A stretch of 64,000 nt of DNA from Clostridia bacterium (GTDB lineage Bacteria > Bacillota > Clostridia > TANB77 > CAG-508): contig JAAWDR010000033.1 of assembly GCA_022793875.1 (NCBI GenBank), forward strand, positions 50,137 through 114,136. The letters are read 5' to 3'. The position numbers and the translations under genes are program-made. Below, piece after piece: positions 1 through 10,195 of the stretch. How positions within the stretch are numbered: position 1 is the first letter of the stretch; every line of letters starts with the position of its first letter. The notes below the pieces were generated by a model that was not told the origin of the DNA, did no database searches, and worked only from the letters and a program-made list of their open reading frames with translations.

Positions 1-2
1 AA

Positions 3-782
3 AGCTTTAATAAGAAAAATAGTATAACAATTATAGCAGCTCCAACAGGTGCAGGAAAAACAACAACATTATATAGTTTAATAGACTATTTTAATTCACC
101 AGAAATAAATATAACAACAATTGAAGACCCAGTTGAAATTAGAATTGATGGATTAAATCAAATAGAAATAGGAAATAAATCAACATTTTCAGGAGCACTA
201 AGAACAGTTTTAAGACAAGACCCTGATATGATATTACTAGGAGAAATCCGTGATAAGGAAACAGCTGAAATAGCTATACAGGCTGGACAAACAGGACATT
301 ATGTTTTATCTACAATACATACAATAGATGCAATTGAAGTAATAAACAGAATGAGAAAAATGGGATTATCAGACTATGATATATCAAGTACAGTAGCCAC
401 AACAGTATCACAAAGACTTGTAAGAACAATATGTCCGTATTGTAAAAAAGAAAGAGAATTTACAAAAGAAGAGAAAGAAATAATGTCTAAAATTGCAGAA
501 AAATATGGAGACAAATTAAATTTTGATAATGTAAAAACATATGACGCTATTGGATGCGAAAAATGTGGTAATGTTGGTTATTATGGAAGAATTGGTGTTT
601 TTGAAGTATTAAATATATCAGAAGAAATAAAAGAACTTATTGTAAAAGGAGCATCAACAATTGAAATAAGAGAAAAGGCATTAGAACAAAATTATAGACC
701 ATTAATTATAGATGGAATAAATAAAGTACTAAAAGGTCATACAACATTAGAAGAATTAAACAAACAACTTATTATATATTAA
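3..782 (+). CDS. pilB: Type IV pilus assembly ATPase, PilB/GspE family, C-terminal part (5' end outside window)
   Basis: Frame is open from the window edge. Walker A APTGAGKTTT; C-terminal tetracysteine CPYC..CEKC; directly upstream of pilT and pilC. Confidence 0.85.
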   Translation, partial: SFNKKNSITIIAAPTGAGKTTTLYSLIDYFNSPEINITTIEDPVEIRIDGLNQIEIGNKSTFSGALRTVLRQDPDMILLGEIRDKETAEIAIQAGQTGHYVLSTIHTIDAIEVINRMRKMGLSDYDISSTVATTVSQRLVRTICPYCKKEREFTKEEKEIMSKIAEKYGDKLNFDNVKTYDAIGCEKCGNVGYYGRIGVFEVLNISEEIKELIVKGASTIEIREKALEQNYRPLIIDGINKVLKGHTTLEELNKQLIIY

Positions 783-852
783 AATTGATATCAGATGTTA
801 AAAGTCATATAGCAGATGAGAATTTTAACATCAATTGAAGGGAGAATTAATT

Positions 853-1956
853 ATGAATATGGACAAAATTTTTGAACAAGCTATAGAAAGAGATGCATCA
901 GATATACATTTAATTGCAGGAAACAAACCAATGCTTAGGATTGCAAGAGAATTAGTACCAGTTGAAGACACAGAAGTTTTAAATGAAAATGATATGAATG
1001 AAATATATGATTACTTAGTTAGAGGAAATATTGATAAAGATGAGATGTTTAATGAAACAAGAAAATTAGATACATCATATGAATATAAACAAATACGTTT
1101 TAGGGTAAACATTTCACTATCAGATGATGTTCCAACATGTACATTAAGACTTATAAAAAACACATTGCCACCATATGAAGCATTAGGTTTACCAGACATT
1201 ATAAAAAGAATGACATTTCAGCCACAAGGATTAATATTAGTAACAGGAAAAACGAACTCTGGTAAAAGTACAACTTTAAATGCTATAATAAATGAGATAA
1301 ATGAAACTCAAAATAAGAAAATATTAACACTTGAAAACCCAGTAGAATATAGACATCATTCAAAAAAATCATTAATAGTGCAAAAAGAAGTTGGAAAAGG
1401 TAGAGATGCATTAACATTTAGTAATGGTGTACAGAACTCTCTAAGAGAAGACTGTGATATATTAGTAATAGGAGAGATTAGAGATAAAGTAACAATGGAA
1501 GCAGCGATAGAAATGGCAGAATCAGGACATTTAGTTATAGGAACATTACACACAAAATCTTGTGCTGAAACAATAGACAGAATGATAAACTTCTATGAAG
1601 TTAGAGACCAAGCAAGTATAAAATACTTATTATCAGCATTATTGAAATTAGTTGTATCACAAAGATTACTAAAAGGAAGAGATGGAAAACTTGTATTAGT
1701 ACCAGAAGTAATGGTTGTAGATAACATAGTATCTGGTATTATAAGAAAAGAAAAAATAAGTGTATCAGAAATAGAGGATGCTATCCAAAGTTCTGATAAA
1801 GGAAGTATTGGATTAATAAATTCAATAGCAACACTATTTGTACAAGATAAAATAACACTAGAACAAGCTAAGGCTCAAGTGGAAGAGAAAAATATTGAAG
1901 TACTAAATAGAACAATAATGCAAATGAAGATAAGAAGAGATAGCAATAAGAATTAA
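853..1956 (+). CDS. pilT: Twitching motility / pilus retraction ATPase PilT
   Basis: Walker A GKTNSGKSTT, PilT-like His/Asp boxes, about 365 aa. RBS GAAGGGAG lies inside the longer 835 ORF, so start 853 is preferred. Confidence 0.88.
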   Translation: MNMDKIFEQAIERDASDIHLIAGNKPMLRIARELVPVEDTEVLNENDMNEIYDYLVRGNIDKDEMFNETRKLDTSYEYKQIRFRVNISLSDDVPTCTLRLIKNTLPPYEALGLPDIIKRMTFQPQGLILVTGKTNSGKSTTLNAIINEINETQNKKILTLENPVEYRHHSKKSLIVQKEVGKGRDALTFSNGVQNSLREDCDILVIGEIRDKVTMEAAIEMAESGHLVIGTLHTKSCAETIDRMINFYEVRDQASIKYLLSALLKLVVSQRLLKGRDGKLVLVPEVMVVDNIVSGIIRKEKISVSEIEDAIQSSDKGSIGLINSIATLFVQDKITLEQAKAQVEEKNIEVLNRTIMQMKIRRDSNKN

Positions 1957-2024
1957 TTTTCATTTACTTGTGTGTATATTAACACTGTAAAATAAATTAA
2001 TGATTTTAGAAGGAGGTGCTAAAG

Positions 2025-3365
2025 ATGCCTATATATTCATATAAGGCTATTACAAGTTCAGGATTAATTGTAAGAAATAGAATAGAATCAGGAAGTAAAC
2101 AAAGTTTGATTAAAACTTTAAAAAGCAATGATTTAATGCCAATTACAGTAGAACAGGTTAAGTATAATAATAAAAACAAAAAGAGTAAAAAGAAAAATGT
2201 AAAAGACATTGAAGAAATAATGAAAAATGTAAATACAACACAAATAAATACTAAAAAAACATTTTCAACAAAAGAAAAAATAAATATGTATTTATCAAAA
2301 ACAGAAAAAATAACAGCTAGAGATATTGTGATATTTACACAAAACTTTTATCTATTGAAAAAGGCAAACTTTAACAATATACATGCATTAAGAACAATAA
2401 TTGATAGTACAGAAAACTATACTTTTAAAGGAATATTAGAAGATATTTTAGCAGGTGTTGAAGCAGGAGAATATATGTATACAACAATGGAATATTATGA
2501 AGATGTATTTCCATTTATATATATAAATATGATTAAAGTTGGTGAATTATCAGGTTCACTTACTAATTCACTAGAACAAGCTGTAAGATATTTGGATGAA
2601 TCAGAAGCATTAAATAAAAAAATTAGAGGAATATTAATTCCTAACTTAATACAATTTGCATTATTAATAGTAATGTTGTTTGTTGGAACATTGGTTGCAA
2701 TACCAGCAATTCAAAATATATATGATGAAATGGGATCAACAGATCAATTACCAGCAATAACATTATGGTTCCAAGGAGTAGTAAACAATTTAATGACATA
2801 TTGGTATATACCATTAACATTTATATTAGCAGTAGTAGGTGCAATAGTATTTTATATTAATACTCCAAAAGGAAAATATAACTTCCACTATTTTAAATAT
2901 AAAATGCCAATATTTGGTCAATTAATATTTGCATTAGATTTTTCAAGATTAATGAAAGCAATGCTTCTAAATCTTGAAAATGGAATGAGAATACAAGAAG
3001 CAATGGAAGTTAGTAAAAATGTTATTAAAAACTATGTAATGTTATCAATAATAGAAACATCATTAAATAACATACTTATAGGTGATTCTTGGATTGAACC
3101 ATTTGAAAGATCAGGATTACCTAAGTCAATGATAACAGAGATGCTTAAAGTAGGTATGCAAACAAACTTACCAGAGATGATGGCAAAATTAGTAGAATAT
3201 ATGGAAATAGATATTGATAATATAATTCAAAAAATAATGAAGGTTTTACCTGAAGTTGTTTACTTAATAGTAGGTTGTGTATTAATTTTCTTCGTACTAG
3301 TTGTACTTGGACCATGTATCGAAGTATATATGGGAGGATGGTTATTCTCAGCAGCAGGTGTATAA
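2025..3365 (+). CDS. pilC: Type IV pilus assembly platform protein PilC (GspF family)
   Basis: GspF-type polytopic membrane protein of about 445 aa following pilB-pilT. AGGAGG RBS at 2011-2016 supports the ATG at 2025 rather than the listed GTG at 2016. Confidence 0.85.
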   Translation: MPIYSYKAITSSGLIVRNRIESGSKQSLIKTLKSNDLMPITVEQVKYNNKNKKSKKKNVKDIEEIMKNVNTTQINTKKTFSTKEKINMYLSKTEKITARDIVIFTQNFYLLKKANFNNIHALRTIIDSTENYTFKGILEDILAGVEAGEYMYTTMEYYEDVFPFIYINMIKVGELSGSLTNSLEQAVRYLDESEALNKKIRGILIPNLIQFALLIVMLFVGTLVAIPAIQNIYDEMGSTDQLPAITLWFQGVVNNLMTYWYIPLTFILAVVGAIVFYINTPKGKYNFHYFKYKMPIFGQLIFALDFSRLMKAMLLNLENGMRIQEAMEVSKNVIKNYVMLSIIETSLNNILIGDSWIEPFERSGLPKSMITEMLKVGMQTNLPEMMAKLVEYMEIDIDNIIQKIMKVLPEVVYLIVGCVLIFFVLVVLGPCIEVYMGGWLFSAAGV

Positions 3366-3368
3366 AAT

Positions 3369-3741
3369 AAAGAGGGATTATGGGGACGGGTCTCAAAATC
3401 CCTTTTTAAAATTAAGATATTAACATTTTTGTACATTTTATAATTATAAGGCTGGGGTAGATACATATATTTTATAAAGCATCTTGGTTTTCTTACATAT
3501 ATTAAGAAATTTTAATAAAATAAAATGAGCCTCTTTCACTTAGTCCTCGCTACGCTCGACGTGAACATTCCTCATTTTATTTTATAAATATTTCTAAATA
3601 TATTTCAGTCACATTCGATACTTTATAAAATATATGTATCTACCCCAGCCGTATAACTATAAAATATATAATAAAAAATATTATTTTAAATTAATATAAT
3701 AAAAAAGGGATTTTGAGACCCGTCCCCATAATCCCTCTTTT
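3369..3741. repeat. Large nested inverted-repeat element between pilC and the ROK kinase (REP/MITE-like)
   Basis: Outer 39-bp arms AAAGAGGGATTATGGGGACGGGTCTCAAAATCCCTTTTT (3369-3407) and their reverse complement (3703-3741). Inner 31-bp inverted repeats at 3450-3480 and 3620-3650. A central palindrome AAAATGAG...CTCATTTT. Same arm family as 40515-40628. Confidence 0.7.
3448..3652. mobile_element. Candidate MITE-like insert inside the loop of the 3369-3741 hairpin repeat
   Basis: Perfect terminal inverted repeats GGCTGGGGTAGATACATATATTTTATAAAG of about 31 bp. Flanked by near-identical direct repeats TATAATTATAA / TATAACTATAA (possible target-site duplication). No coding capacity. Confidence 0.35.
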
Positions 3742-3752
3742 GGAGTAAATAT

Positions 3753-4643
3753 ATGAAAATTGGTATAGATTTAGGCGGAAGCCATATTGCTATTGGAGTA
3801 GTTGACGATAATAGTTGTATAATAGAAAAAGTAGAAAAGAGATTATTAGCTGAAGAAAAAAAGAATTTCAAAAAATCAGTGGAAGATTATATAATAGAAA
3901 ATGTAAAAAAATTAAGTGAAAAGTATCAAATAAAAGAAATTGGGATAGCTGTTCCTGGAACAATAAAAGGAGATAAAATTATAAAATCTGTTAATCTAGG
4001 TGTAGAAAATTATGATTTTGTAGATAATTTGAAAAAGGGAATCGATATACCAATAAAAATTATGAATGATGCTAAAAGTGCAGCTATTGCAGAGTGCAAC
4101 ATTGGATGTTTAAAAGATTATAAAATAAGCTTATTTTTAACATTAGGAACTGGTATAGGAGGAGCTGTTATTATAAATGGTGAATTACTAAACACTGGAG
4201 ATTTACCAGGATGTGAAATTGGACATATGATAGTTGAAAAAGATGGACTTCAATGTAATTGTGGTAAAAAAGGTTGCTTTGAAAAATATGCATCAATGAA
4301 AGTACTAAAAAACAATTTAAGAAAAGAATTGAATTTAGATGAAGCAACAAGAGGGCAAGAATTATTAGATATGATTAGAGAAAATCCAAATGACGAAAAA
4401 ATAAGTAAAGTAGTTGATGAATTTATAGAGTATTTAAGTATAGGAATATCAAATTTAATAAATATATTTGAACCAGAAGCAATTGGAATTGGAGGAAGTT
4501 TTGTATATTTTTCTGATGTATTACTTGATAGGTTAAAGGATAATATACAAAATAAAGGATATTTGTTTAATAAAAGAGAGAAATTAATTATTTTACCCGC
4601 AATGCTAGGAAATGATGCAGGGATTATTGGGAGCCAATTATAA
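3753..4643 (+). CDS. ROK-family sugar kinase (glucokinase-like)
   Basis: N-terminal GIDLGGSHIAIGVVD ATPase motif; ROK zinc motif CNCGKKGCFE; 296 aa. Confidence 0.85.
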   Translation: MKIGIDLGGSHIAIGVVDDNSCIIEKVEKRLLAEEKKNFKKSVEDYIIENVKKLSEKYQIKEIGIAVPGTIKGDKIIKSVNLGVENYDFVDNLKKGIDIPIKIMNDAKSAAIAECNIGCLKDYKISLFLTLGTGIGGAVIINGELLNTGDLPGCEIGHMIVEKDGLQCNCGKKGCFEKYASMKVLKNNLRKELNLDEATRGQELLDMIRENPNDEKISKVVDEFIEYLSIGISNLINIFEPEAIGIGGSFVYFSDVLLDRLKDNIQNKGYLFNKREKLIILPAMLGNDAGIIGSQL

Positions 4644-4733
4644 TAAATATTAATATTATAAAGCTTGAAATATATAACTTATATATTTCAAGCCTATATT
4701 AAAATAATAAAATTATATAAAAAAGGAGAAAAT

Positions 4734-5657
4734 ATGGATATTAATAATAAAAAAGCTACAAGGCAAAGCTATGGTGAAGCTTTGCTAGAATTAGGAAAAG
4801 AAAATGAAAATATTGTTGTTTTGGATAGCGATTTAGCCTCAGCTACAAAAACAGATTTATTTGCAAAAGAGTTTCCAAATAGATTTTTTGACATGGGAAT
4901 TGCTGAGCAAAATATGATTTCAACAGCTGCTGGAATGTCAACATGTGGCAAAATTCCATATGCAAGTACATTTGCAGTTTTTGCTGCAGGACGTGCATAT
5001 GACCAAATTAGAAATAGTGTATGTTATCCACATTTAAATGTAAAAATATGTGCAACACATGCAGGAATAACTGTTGGAGAAGATGGTGCAACACATCAAA
5101 TGATAGAAGATATATCTTTAATGAGAACATTGCCAAATATGACTGTAATTTCAACATCAGATGATATTCAAACAAAATGGGCTGTTAAAGAAATTAGTAA
5201 AATTAATGGACCAGTTTATTTAAGACTATCAAGACTTGCTACACCTATAATATATGATGGAAATCAAAAATTTGAAATAGGAAAAGCAACTCAAATTGGT
5301 GAAGGTATTGATGGAACAATTTTTGCAACAGGTGTAACTGTTTCAGAGGCTATAAAAGCACAAGAAGAATTAAAAAATAAAGGTATAAATGTAAGAGTTA
5401 TAGATATTCATACTATTAAGCCTATAGATAAAGATATGATTATAAAATGTGCAAAAGAAACTAAAAAATTAGTTTCGATTGAAGACCATAATATTATTGG
5501 TGGTTTAGGTTCGGCTATCTCAGAAGTTTTAACTGATGAATATCCTACAAAACTTATTAGATTAGGTATTAAAGATACTTTTGGAAAATCAGGTAAAGCA
5601 GAGCAATTAATGAAATACTTTGGAATTGTTGCAGAAAATATAATTGAATTATTTTAA
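4734..5657 (+). CDS. Transketolase, C-terminal (pyrimidine-binding) subunit
   Basis: FFDMGIAEQNM, ATHAGITVGEDGATHQ, transketolase C-terminal domain, about 307 aa. RBS AAAGGAGAA lies inside the longer listed ORF, so start 4734 is used. No N-terminal subunit is adjacent. Confidence 0.8.
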   Translation: MDINNKKATRQSYGEALLELGKENENIVVLDSDLASATKTDLFAKEFPNRFFDMGIAEQNMISTAAGMSTCGKIPYASTFAVFAAGRAYDQIRNSVCYPHLNVKICATHAGITVGEDGATHQMIEDISLMRTLPNMTVISTSDDIQTKWAVKEISKINGPVYLRLSRLATPIIYDGNQKFEIGKATQIGEGIDGTIFATGVTVSEAIKAQEELKNKGINVRVIDIHTIKPIDKDMIIKCAKETKKLVSIEDHNIIGGLGSAISEVLTDEYPTKLIRLGIKDTFGKSGKAEQLMKYFGIVAENIIELF

Positions 5658-5684
5658 ATTATTAGAATAGAAATTTTAAAAATA

Positions 5685-5719
5685 TTATGTAAAAAGTGCG
5701 CGAAAGTGTGCTTTTTATT
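5685..5719 (+). promoter_or_regulatory. Copy 1 of a conserved element TTATGTAAAAAGTGC..hairpin..TTTTTATT (terminator/5' stem-loop)
   Basis: Shares TTATGTAAAAA(A)GTGCNC ... GTGTNCTTTT(T)ATT with the copies at 18634 and 19857. Located 3' of tkt and 5' of the 5810 ORF. Confidence 0.4.
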
Positions 5720-5827
5720 AACCCTAAAATAGGGAAATGGATAATTAGTCTATCAAAATATACATAATATATTTACAAAATGGAATAAAAATGATAAAAT
5801 ACAAGAAAAATGAATAGAGGTAATGTA

Positions 5828-7753
5828 ATGAATAATAATAAAGAACTAATAGAGCAAAAATCAAAAATAATCATACAAAAGATAGAAAAGCTACAAAAAA
5901 TATATGAAATAACATTACAAAAAGACAATTGCAAAGAAAGTAGTTCTTTAAAAATAATAAAAGAACAATATCTTAAAATGTATAATGCAATTATAGAAAA
6001 AGAAGAATATGACAGATATAAAGAAGTAGAAGATATAATTATTAATGAAATAGCCAAAATAGAACTAAATTTAGACGAATATATATATAATACAAGACAA
6101 GATAGCATAAATACAATATTAAATAGAATACAAGAAATAAAAGAAAGCGAAAATTATCAAAATTTTCACAACATAAAACAATACATCGAAAAAGTAGAAA
6201 CATTAAAAGATATACTAAAACTGTACAAGCCATATATCAAAAACGAAGAATACGATAAAATAAAAAAAGATATTATTAACTTAAAATTTGAATTACTATA
6301 TAGAAAACAAGTAGAAGAATTAATATATGAAAATGGTGGAGAAACAAGTTATTTAATACAATATGACAATGAAGAAGAAAAAAATCTTTTTATAAATCTA
6401 TTAAAGGAAAAAATAGGTGAAATAGAAAATGATGATATATTAAAAGTAAAGCCAGAAAGAATATTAGAAGATGTTAAATTATTAGAGAGATTAATAATAA
6501 TACATATGCAAGAAAACTCTTTAAAATATATAAATTTATTAAATGCAAAAATTTTTAATGCACATCTATGTAATATAGGAAATAATCCATTTGACGAAGA
6601 AGTTTATTATAAAGAGATAAAGGAACGCAAATATGAACCTGAACCATATAAAGGTTATTATCCAAAAATGAATATTCTTAAAGATTATGATGTAGAATAT
6701 AAAGCAAATAAGGTGAATTTTTCACTATTAAGAGCAATACTAAAAGAATTAATAACAGATGAAAATGTAAGTTTAGTAGAATGTGTAAAATTATATGAAA
6801 AATTTGGATTTCAATGTGTACCAAAAACTTATACAACAGGACAGAAATGTATATATATGTTATATAATACACTAAACAAAAGTGAAGAATGTAATGAAAT
6901 GATGAAAATAAAACAAACAGATAAAAAAGAAGTATACTGCAAAATAGAACTTCATGGAATGTCATACAAATTTGATGCTTATGATGTAGAAAAAATAAAT
7001 GAATATAATAAAATTCAAATTTTAAGAGAAAGAGAAGTAAATAATAATCAACCTAAAAAGAGATCTTTAGAGAAAAAACAGGAAGAAGAAAAAGAAGAAA
7101 TAAAAAGAACAGGAAGAATAACAACAGATTGTAATATACTAATATCATTAATTCAAGATATAATACAAAGTTACAAAGATGATAGAAAAAATATTGAAAC
7201 AAATAGAAAAGTCATCAGTGCAAAAGAAAGTATGATAAAAATATTAGAAGAAATAAAAGAAAAAAAGAAGTTATCAAAAAATGATATTTGGACGATACAG
7301 AAAAGTATATATTTTATATATTCAGAATTAAATATTAATTTTAATATGTGGGAGTTACGTGAGTTAGAAAACATAGATGCATTAAATTTTAGTAACAAAA
7401 GTACATATTATTCACAAATACCAAGAGAACAAAGATATGAAAATAGAACGGTAGGTCATACTTATGGATATGGATTTGAATATGAAAAAGTATTAGTTGA
7501 ATATTTGAATAAAAGTCCATTATATGCAAAATATGAAAAAGAATTTAAAGAATTAGGATTAGATATAAAATTGTATGATTTAGGAGATTGGGTCAAAGAA
7601 GTAAAATATAGAGGGAATGAGCCAAGATTTGGAATATGCATAAATTTAGATGATATATCAGATTTACCAATTGATTATGAAAAAGTTGAATTAATACCAG
7701 AAGAAAAAATGAAAGAAATAATGGAAAGAGAAAAAGGAATTGATAGAGAATGA
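5828..7753 (+). CDS. Large hypothetical protein (K/E/N/I-rich, about 640 aa), no domain recognised
   Basis: Long ORF with AT-rich codon usage typical of this genome. Alternative start 5810. Its stop overlaps the start of the next ORF (ATGA). Confidence 0.6.
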   Translation: MNNNKELIEQKSKIIIQKIEKLQKIYEITLQKDNCKESSSLKIIKEQYLKMYNAIIEKEEYDRYKEVEDIIINEIAKIELNLDEYIYNTRQDSINTILNRIQEIKESENYQNFHNIKQYIEKVETLKDILKLYKPYIKNEEYDKIKKDIINLKFELLYRKQVEELIYENGGETSYLIQYDNEEEKNLFINLLKEKIGEIENDDILKVKPERILEDVKLLERLIIIHMQENSLKYINLLNAKIFNAHLCNIGNNPFDEEVYYKEIKERKYEPEPYKGYYPKMNILKDYDVEYKANKVNFSLLRAILKELITDENVSLVECVKLYEKFGFQCVPKTYTTGQKCIYMLYNTLNKSEECNEMMKIKQTDKKEVYCKIELHGMSYKFDAYDVEKINEYNKIQILREREVNNNQPKKRSLEKKQEEEKEEIKRTGRITTDCNILISLIQDIIQSYKDDRKNIETNRKVISAKESMIKILEEIKEKKKLSKNDIWTIQKSIYFIYSELNINFNMWELRELENIDALNFSNKSTYYSQIPREQRYENRTVGHTYGYGFEYEKVLVEYLNKSPLYAKYEKEFKELGLDIKLYDLGDWVKEVKYRGNEPRFGICINLDDISDLPIDYEKVELIPEEKMKEIMEREKGIDRE

Positions 7754-8469
7754 TAGATTTAAAAAATCCACAAGTAATAAATGAGATTGAAAAAAACGAA
7801 ATTGAAAAGTTAAATTATAAATTAGGAATATTAATTGGAATAACTAGTAATGAAGAAAATGAAGAAATATTAAATGAAATAAAAAGACTAATTAAAGAAA
7901 ATAGAGCAAACACAGAAAATTCAGAAAAGAGATTTTCATTAAACTTATTTAGAAAATTAAAAAATAGACCTAAATCATTAACATCAAAAAAATACAAAGA
8001 AGAAAAACAAGTAGAAAGATCAGAAGACCTACCAGAAAAACTTGAAATTATAAGAAGTGAATTTAGAATAAAAGCAGCTAAAATTAGAATTATATCTGAA
8101 AAATGGATAGAACAATATAAGGATATTCAAGATAAAATAATTGCTATACAACAAATAGAAAAAACAGTAGATGAAAGTATAAAACAAAGAATAAAAAACT
8201 CTATAAATTATTTAACAAATATAAATTTAATAATAGAAAATCAAGCTTTAACATGTATAAGATTAGCACAAAAATATGAAAATACTGCAAACAATTATGA
8301 AACTAGCCAAGCAGATCTATTTGCAGCAAGTAACATAGAGAACATAATAAATGATATAGAAAAAGCTAAAGAAGAAGCTAACAGATTAGTTAATAATATT
8401 GAAACAGGCTTAAATCAAAATGCTAATATAGAAAATAGTAGTAGTGAAAGTATTGAAGAAGAAAGATAA
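7750..8469 (+). CDS. Hypothetical coiled-coil protein (239 aa), translationally coupled to the preceding ORF
   Basis: ATGA overlap with the 5828 ORF; predicted coiled-coil composition; a terminator-like region follows. Confidence 0.55.
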   Translation: MIDLKNPQVINEIEKNEIEKLNYKLGILIGITSNEENEEILNEIKRLIKENRANTENSEKRFSLNLFRKLKNRPKSLTSKKYKEEKQVERSEDLPEKLEIIRSEFRIKAAKIRIISEKWIEQYKDIQDKIIAIQQIEKTVDESIKQRIKNSINYLTNINLIIENQALTCIRLAQKYENTANNYETSQADLFAASNIENIINDIEKAKEEANRLVNNIETGLNQNANIENSSSESIEEER

Positions 8470-8611
8470 CAAATTTTAAAGTTTGTTATCTTTTTCAAAT
8501 TGTGACAATTTCCAAAAATTTCTAGTGAATTTTTTGTGAAAAGTATTGCAAAAAATACCGATTATTGTTATGATTTAAGAGAATAAAAAGATAATAAACG
8601 GAGTGAAATAA

Positions 8612-9298
8612 ATGATAGAATTTAGAAATGTATCAAAAACATATGACACAGGAACAAAAGCAGTAAAAAATGCAAACTTTATAATAGACAAAGGAGAATT
8701 TGCATTCTTAGTAGGAACATCAGGAAGTGGAAAATCAACACTAATAAAGCTAATATTAAAGGAAGAAGAACCAACATCAGGAAATATAATAATAAATGGA
8801 AAAGACACAACATTTTTAAAACAAAACAGAGTACCATACTTAAGAAGAAGTATGGGAGTAGTATTCCAAGACTTCAGACTATTACCAGACAAAACAGTAT
8901 ATGAAAATGTAGCATATGCAATGTATATAGTAAGAGCAACACCAAGACACATAAGAAGACAAGTACCAATGGTATTATCACTAGTAGGACTAAGTGGAAA
9001 AGCAAAAATGTATCCAAATGAATTATCAGGAGGAGAGCAACAAAGAGTAGCACTAGCAAGAGCATTAGTAAATAACCCATCAATGTTAATAGCAGACGAA
9101 CCAACAGGAAACTTAGACCCAGAAACAGCATGGGAAATAATGAATCTATTAAATGAAATAAATATGAGAGGAACAACAGTAGTAGTAGCAACACACGCAA
9201 AAGATATAGTTGATAAAATGAAAAAAAGAGTAATACATATTGAAAAAGGTGACATTGTAAGAGATGATAAAAAAGGTGGTTATGATAGTGAAATATAA
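8612..9298 (+). CDS. ftsE: Cell division ABC transporter ATP-binding protein FtsE
   Basis: Walker A GTSGSGKST, ABC signature LSGGEQQR, Walker B LIADEPTGNLD; 228 aa. Confidence 0.9.
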   Translation: MIEFRNVSKTYDTGTKAVKNANFIIDKGEFAFLVGTSGSGKSTLIKLILKEEEPTSGNIIINGKDTTFLKQNRVPYLRRSMGVVFQDFRLLPDKTVYENVAYAMYIVRATPRHIRRQVPMVLSLVGLSGKAKMYPNELSGGEQQRVALARALVNNPSMLIADEPTGNLDPETAWEIMNLLNEINMRGTTVVVATHAKDIVDKMKKRVIHIEKGDIVRDDKKGGYDSEI

Positions 9299-10184
9299 TA
9301 TATTAGGATATTTAATAGGTGAAGGATTTGGAAATGTATTTAAAAATAAAAAATCAACAGGAGCATCATTAATGATAATGTGTGCCACTATGATAATATT
9401 TGGAGTATTTTTAATGCTTAGCCAAAATATAAATCATTTTGTAGATGATATAAAATCAGAACAAGGTTTCCAAGTATTTATAGAAACAGACGCAACAGAA
9501 GATGAAATAAAAGAGATTGGAGAAAAAATAAGAGCTTTAGATGGAATAAACACAATAGAATATAAAGATAAAGAATATGCATATAACTTTATGAATGAAA
9601 AATTTGGAGAAAGTGCATATCTATTAGAAGAATTAGGAGCTGATTATTATCCAACATCTTATATAGTAACATTAACAGACCTAAAATTAAGTAAACAAGT
9701 TCAAGAAGAAATATTAAAATTTGACAATATAACAAGAATAACAAGTAGTGATGAAACAGTAACAATATTATTAAATGTAGCAAATGGCATTAGAATGATT
9801 ACAGGAATAATATTAGTTTTATTAATAATAATATCAATATTTATAATATCAAATACAATAAAATTAACAGTACATGCAAGAAGAAAAGAAATATCAATAA
9901 TGAAATACGTAGGAGCAACAAACAGTTTTATAAGATGGCCATTTATAGTAGAAGGTATGATAATAGGAATAGTAGCAAGTGCGATATCAATTGTTATAGT
10001 AGGTGGAGCATATAGCATTCTAGCAGAACAAGCGGTAAACTCACAAATTATGATTAAAGTAGGAATGAGCCTACTAAGCTTTAAAGATATGATTTCATCA
10101 ATAATATTTGTATATATGTTACTAGGACTAGGAATAGGAGCAGCAGGAAGTGCGATATCTATGAGAAAATATTTGAATGTATAG
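9264..10184 (+). CDS. ftsX: Cell division permease-like protein FtsX
   Basis: Four-TM FtsX topology with a large extracellular loop, immediately after ftsE. The start is ambiguous (9264 or 9282). Confidence 0.8.
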   Translation: MIKKVVMIVKYNILGYLIGEGFGNVFKNKKSTGASLMIMCATMIIFGVFLMLSQNINHFVDDIKSEQGFQVFIETDATEDEIKEIGEKIRALDGINTIEYKDKEYAYNFMNEKFGESAYLLEELGADYYPTSYIVTLTDLKLSKQVQEEILKFDNITRITSSDETVTILLNVANGIRMITGIILVLLIIISIFIISNTIKLTVHARRKEISIMKYVGATNSFIRWPFIVEGMIIGIVASAISIVIVGGAYSILAEQAVNSQIMIKVGMSLLSFKDMISSIIFVYMLLGLGIGAAGSAISMRKYLNV

Positions 10185-10195
10185 AGGAGAGGAAC

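Noticed and set aside
8575-9255. 226-aa and 108-aa minus-strand ORFs antisense to ftsE
   Set aside because: Low-complexity Leu/Phe-rich translations of the antisense strand of a well-supported gene. No RBS. Typical AT-rich shadow ORFs.
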